DNA of 64,000 bases from Octopus sinensis (Eukaryota). Position 1 is the stretch's first letter. Each line of letters begins with the position of its first letter. The position numbers and the translations under genes are program-made. The notes under the pieces are model-generated. The model saw nothing but the letters and a program-made list of their open reading frames with translations. It did no database searches and was not told where the DNA came from. Positions 60,771-64,000 of this stretch are shown here, piece by piece. The stretch covers positions 15,500,001 through 15,564,000 of the forward strand of contig NC_043010.1 in NCBI RefSeq assembly GCF_006345805.1, given 5' to 3'.

Positions 60771-62794
60771 ATTTATACTGAAGGGTAGATAGAAACAAAA
60801 AATGTATATACAAGCATGTGATTTGACGAAAGGGGAGCTTGGCTGTCGTTTCTAAGCAAGTCAAGCCATACCAATATACAAGCTATTCAGTTAAATGGAT
60901 TGGTCCCTCTGAGGTGTATATAGTATGGAGAAAGAGAAGTGTGTAGAAGAAAGAGATAGTCGGTCTGATATACTGTATTATATAGTGCAATGCTTGGTGC
61001 TAGAGGTTTTAGTCGAGTTAGTAGGAAGCTTTACTTTATGTGTGAGTGTGTATTTAGCACAAGTTGAGTTCGGTCCTGAACCAGCGCACATTGGATCAAC
61101 CGATTTCAAGCCATGGAACCTCCAGTATTTAGAATTATAATTATTTATTTAATTATCATCATCATCATTATATATAATAATTTTCCTCTGTATTTCCTCT
61201 CTATTTTCGGACTGATTTGGTATAGAGAAATGGAGAGAGAGAGAGAAGATTTATTTTGACTACTATTTCGAATAGGTCAAGCAACACAACACCACAGAGG
61301 CTCCTTGTTGGTAGTATAAAGACAAACCTAAAACATAGACAACTGTTGCTGCTGCCGCTACTAATACTCCTATTACTTGTAGTACCACAGTAACAATAGC
61401 TAAAGAACAATATGCGATGGGGGGCCTTCTCTGTGTGGTCCGGTCGTTCGATGGGCTAGAAACTGCAGTCAAAACCGTCTTCATTCAATCATAACCTACC
61501 ATCAGACAGTATCTAAGACTACACGGAATAAAGTTCTTAGCATTTTATATTATTATTATTATTATTACTGTTAATAGTGTTGACAATAATAAACTGGATG
61601 GCCGTAAATGGACGACTTTTCATAATAGTCTGTTCAAAGACGACTAGAGACCTAACAACAAAATAGAAAATACATGTACAATTATGCGTGTGTGTGTACA
61701 CGCACACTTGCACGAGATTTGTATGTTTAGGACGAGTTGAACATTACTTATCTATATATATATATACATTATGTGTGGACACACATACACACGGTAGTGG
61801 TACTACCATCAATAATACAAGAGGCAGTTATGCAACCACTCACTGCTAAAAGCAACAGCCAAATTTCCTCAGATCGCAGCTTTATCAGATATTTAAGATA
61901 CAATGCAAGATAATATATTGGACAAGGCAGGCCTAAGTGAAAGAGAAAACTGAAATAATAATATGAATATAGCCGGAATGTCTTTGATCATTGGTAGGCT
62001 GACCCTACAACGGCCGACCTGGGGTTAAACAGCAGATACCAATGGTGCTTAAATGTCAATAATGGTACATGGCAATATATCTTAGTAGAAGTGTTGTCGA
62101 CTAAGTCGGTCTGCAAAATACTAAAACTGCTACTAATGGTTAGTTGTTGATGGTGAAATTGTATAAACGATAAGGTACAGGGGGAAAAAATGGCTACTGC
62201 GCTGTGTAGAGTATAAGTGCTTTAAATCACAAGTGTGTATATGTATATATATGCGTGTGTGTGTGTGAGTGTTGTGAGTGAGAGAGGAAGAGAATTAGTG
62301 CGCGTGAGTGTGTGTATATATATATATATACAGATACATGTACACGTGTGAGCGTGCGTGGGCGCCTATGTATGTATTGATGGAAATGAAATTCTTTGTA
62401 TATACACTTTTGTGTATACATACTTTAACATACTTACATACGTACGTACCATAGATCGACAGAAATGGGAAGACAACTATAAATAAATACACGCAGGTCT
62501 ATCGAAGGTGTGTATGTGTGTGTGTGTATATATCAGTGATGCGAAAACTGAAACATGCTGGCCTATTTTTAAAGAAATATATACGGTGGGGCATGGCTGT
62601 TTGGTAAGAAAACTTCCTTTCCCAACGACACCGTTTCGGTTTCAGCCCCTCTGCGTGGTACCCCGGGGCAAGTATCTTCTACTATAGCCCTCGGTCGAAT
62701 AATGCCTACCTACCCAAGGCTAACAGGAGAACTGAACCCAGAACCAATGTGCCTAGGCAGCGAACTTCTTAGCACACAACCATGCTTACGCTTT

Positions 62795-62850
62795 TATATA
62801 TATATATATATTATATTATATATATATATGTGTGTGTGTATGTATGTATG

Positions 62851-62881
<31 letters not shown>

Positions 62882-63500
62882 TATGTGTGTGTGTGTTTTT
62901 ATATATATATATATGTGTGTGTGTATATATATATATGTGTGTGTATATATATATATATGTGTGTGTATATATATATATGTGTGTGTATATATATATATGT
63001 GTGTGTGTATATATATATATGTGTGTGTGTATATATATATATGTGTATATATATGTGTATATATGTTGTATATATATGTGTATATATGTGTATATACATG
63101 TGTATATATATATATGTATATATATGCGTGTGTATATATATATGTATATATATATGTGTATATATATATATGTATATGTGTATATGTGTGTATATATATA
63201 TATGTATATGTGTATATATGTATGTATATATGTATGTATATATATATATATGTGTATATATATATGTGTATATATATGTATATATATATATGTGTATATA
63301 TATATGTGTATATATATGTATATATATATATGTGTATATATATGTGTATATATATGTATATATATGTATACACACACACAAGGCGTTGTTCCACCATGGC
63401 CGCAGTCAAATGACTGAAACAAGTAAAAGAATATATATGTATATATATATATGTGTATATATATATGTGTATATATATGTATATATATATATATATATAT
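62795..63500. repeat. (TA)n(TG)n compound microsatellite containing a family A tail (63385-63430)
   Basis: Directly visible. Confidence 0.95.
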
Positions 63501-64000
63501 ATCCACAGAAGCGGCATGGCTACTTCATTTGAACCAGCGACGCAAACAAAGCACTCGGAGCATACTATCAAGTGGTTGGTCTTAGGAAGGGCATCCAGCC
63601 ACACAAACCCATGCCAAAGTGGATACTTAGAGCACAACGTAGTCCTTGGAACCCGTCCAACCCATGCCAGCATGGAACGACCACAGCAAATAACGACAAT
63701 GGATGTCGATACGCACGCGCACGCTTTCGATTCCTTCTCAATAGAAGTCAAATGTACACACCACTGTTTCCGATCTCATTCTATGGTTACCATGTTGCAT
63801 ACAAAAACTGTAACAACACAGTAGATCTGACATGTTTATATAAAGCATAAACTACACACACACACACACACACACACACATGTGGTTGAAACCTTTTGGA
63901 TTAACTGGTGCTAGAGTGAGCCATATAGTGACCACTCTCTTATATTTATTTTGTAAAAATATTATAATATATTATAAAATATTATAATAATCCAGGTTTC

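Noticed and set aside
62782-63751. Long ORFs (up to 311 aa), also 58070-58704, 15399-16181, 8043-8487, 56046-56528 and 24951-25589
   Set aside because: They are translations of TA/CA/GATA microsatellites and SINEs ([12 protein letters not shown] runs), open on several frames and both strands.

Overview
Gene-poor, AT-rich, repeat-saturated eukaryotic DNA. The SINE sequences and the microsatellite load point to an octopus (Octopus sp.); this is my recognition, not a database result. No host protein-coding exon, true tRNA, rRNA or CRISPR array can be supported: the long ORFs in the track are microsatellite or repeat translations. The window holds at least 5 tRNA-derived SINE-like families and about 15 copies of a ~410-bp GGATC-ended MITE with 8-bp TSDs. 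It also has hAT, piggyBac, mariner and pogo/Tigger-type MITEs, a non-autonomous Helitron, and 3' fragments of CR1, RTE and R4/Dong LINEs. The most interesting signal is a set of short, (TA)n-associated elements carrying type I hammerhead-ribozyme motifs of the Penelope/retrozyme kind. There are two related ~200-bp families (X and Y, 4 copies each) with compensatory stem changes, plus a separate hammerhead with a GUC site at 43648-43725. An ~11-kb CpG-decayed block (about 39.5-50.6 kb) suggests a germline-methylated domain. Coordinates were read by hand and may be off by a few bases.
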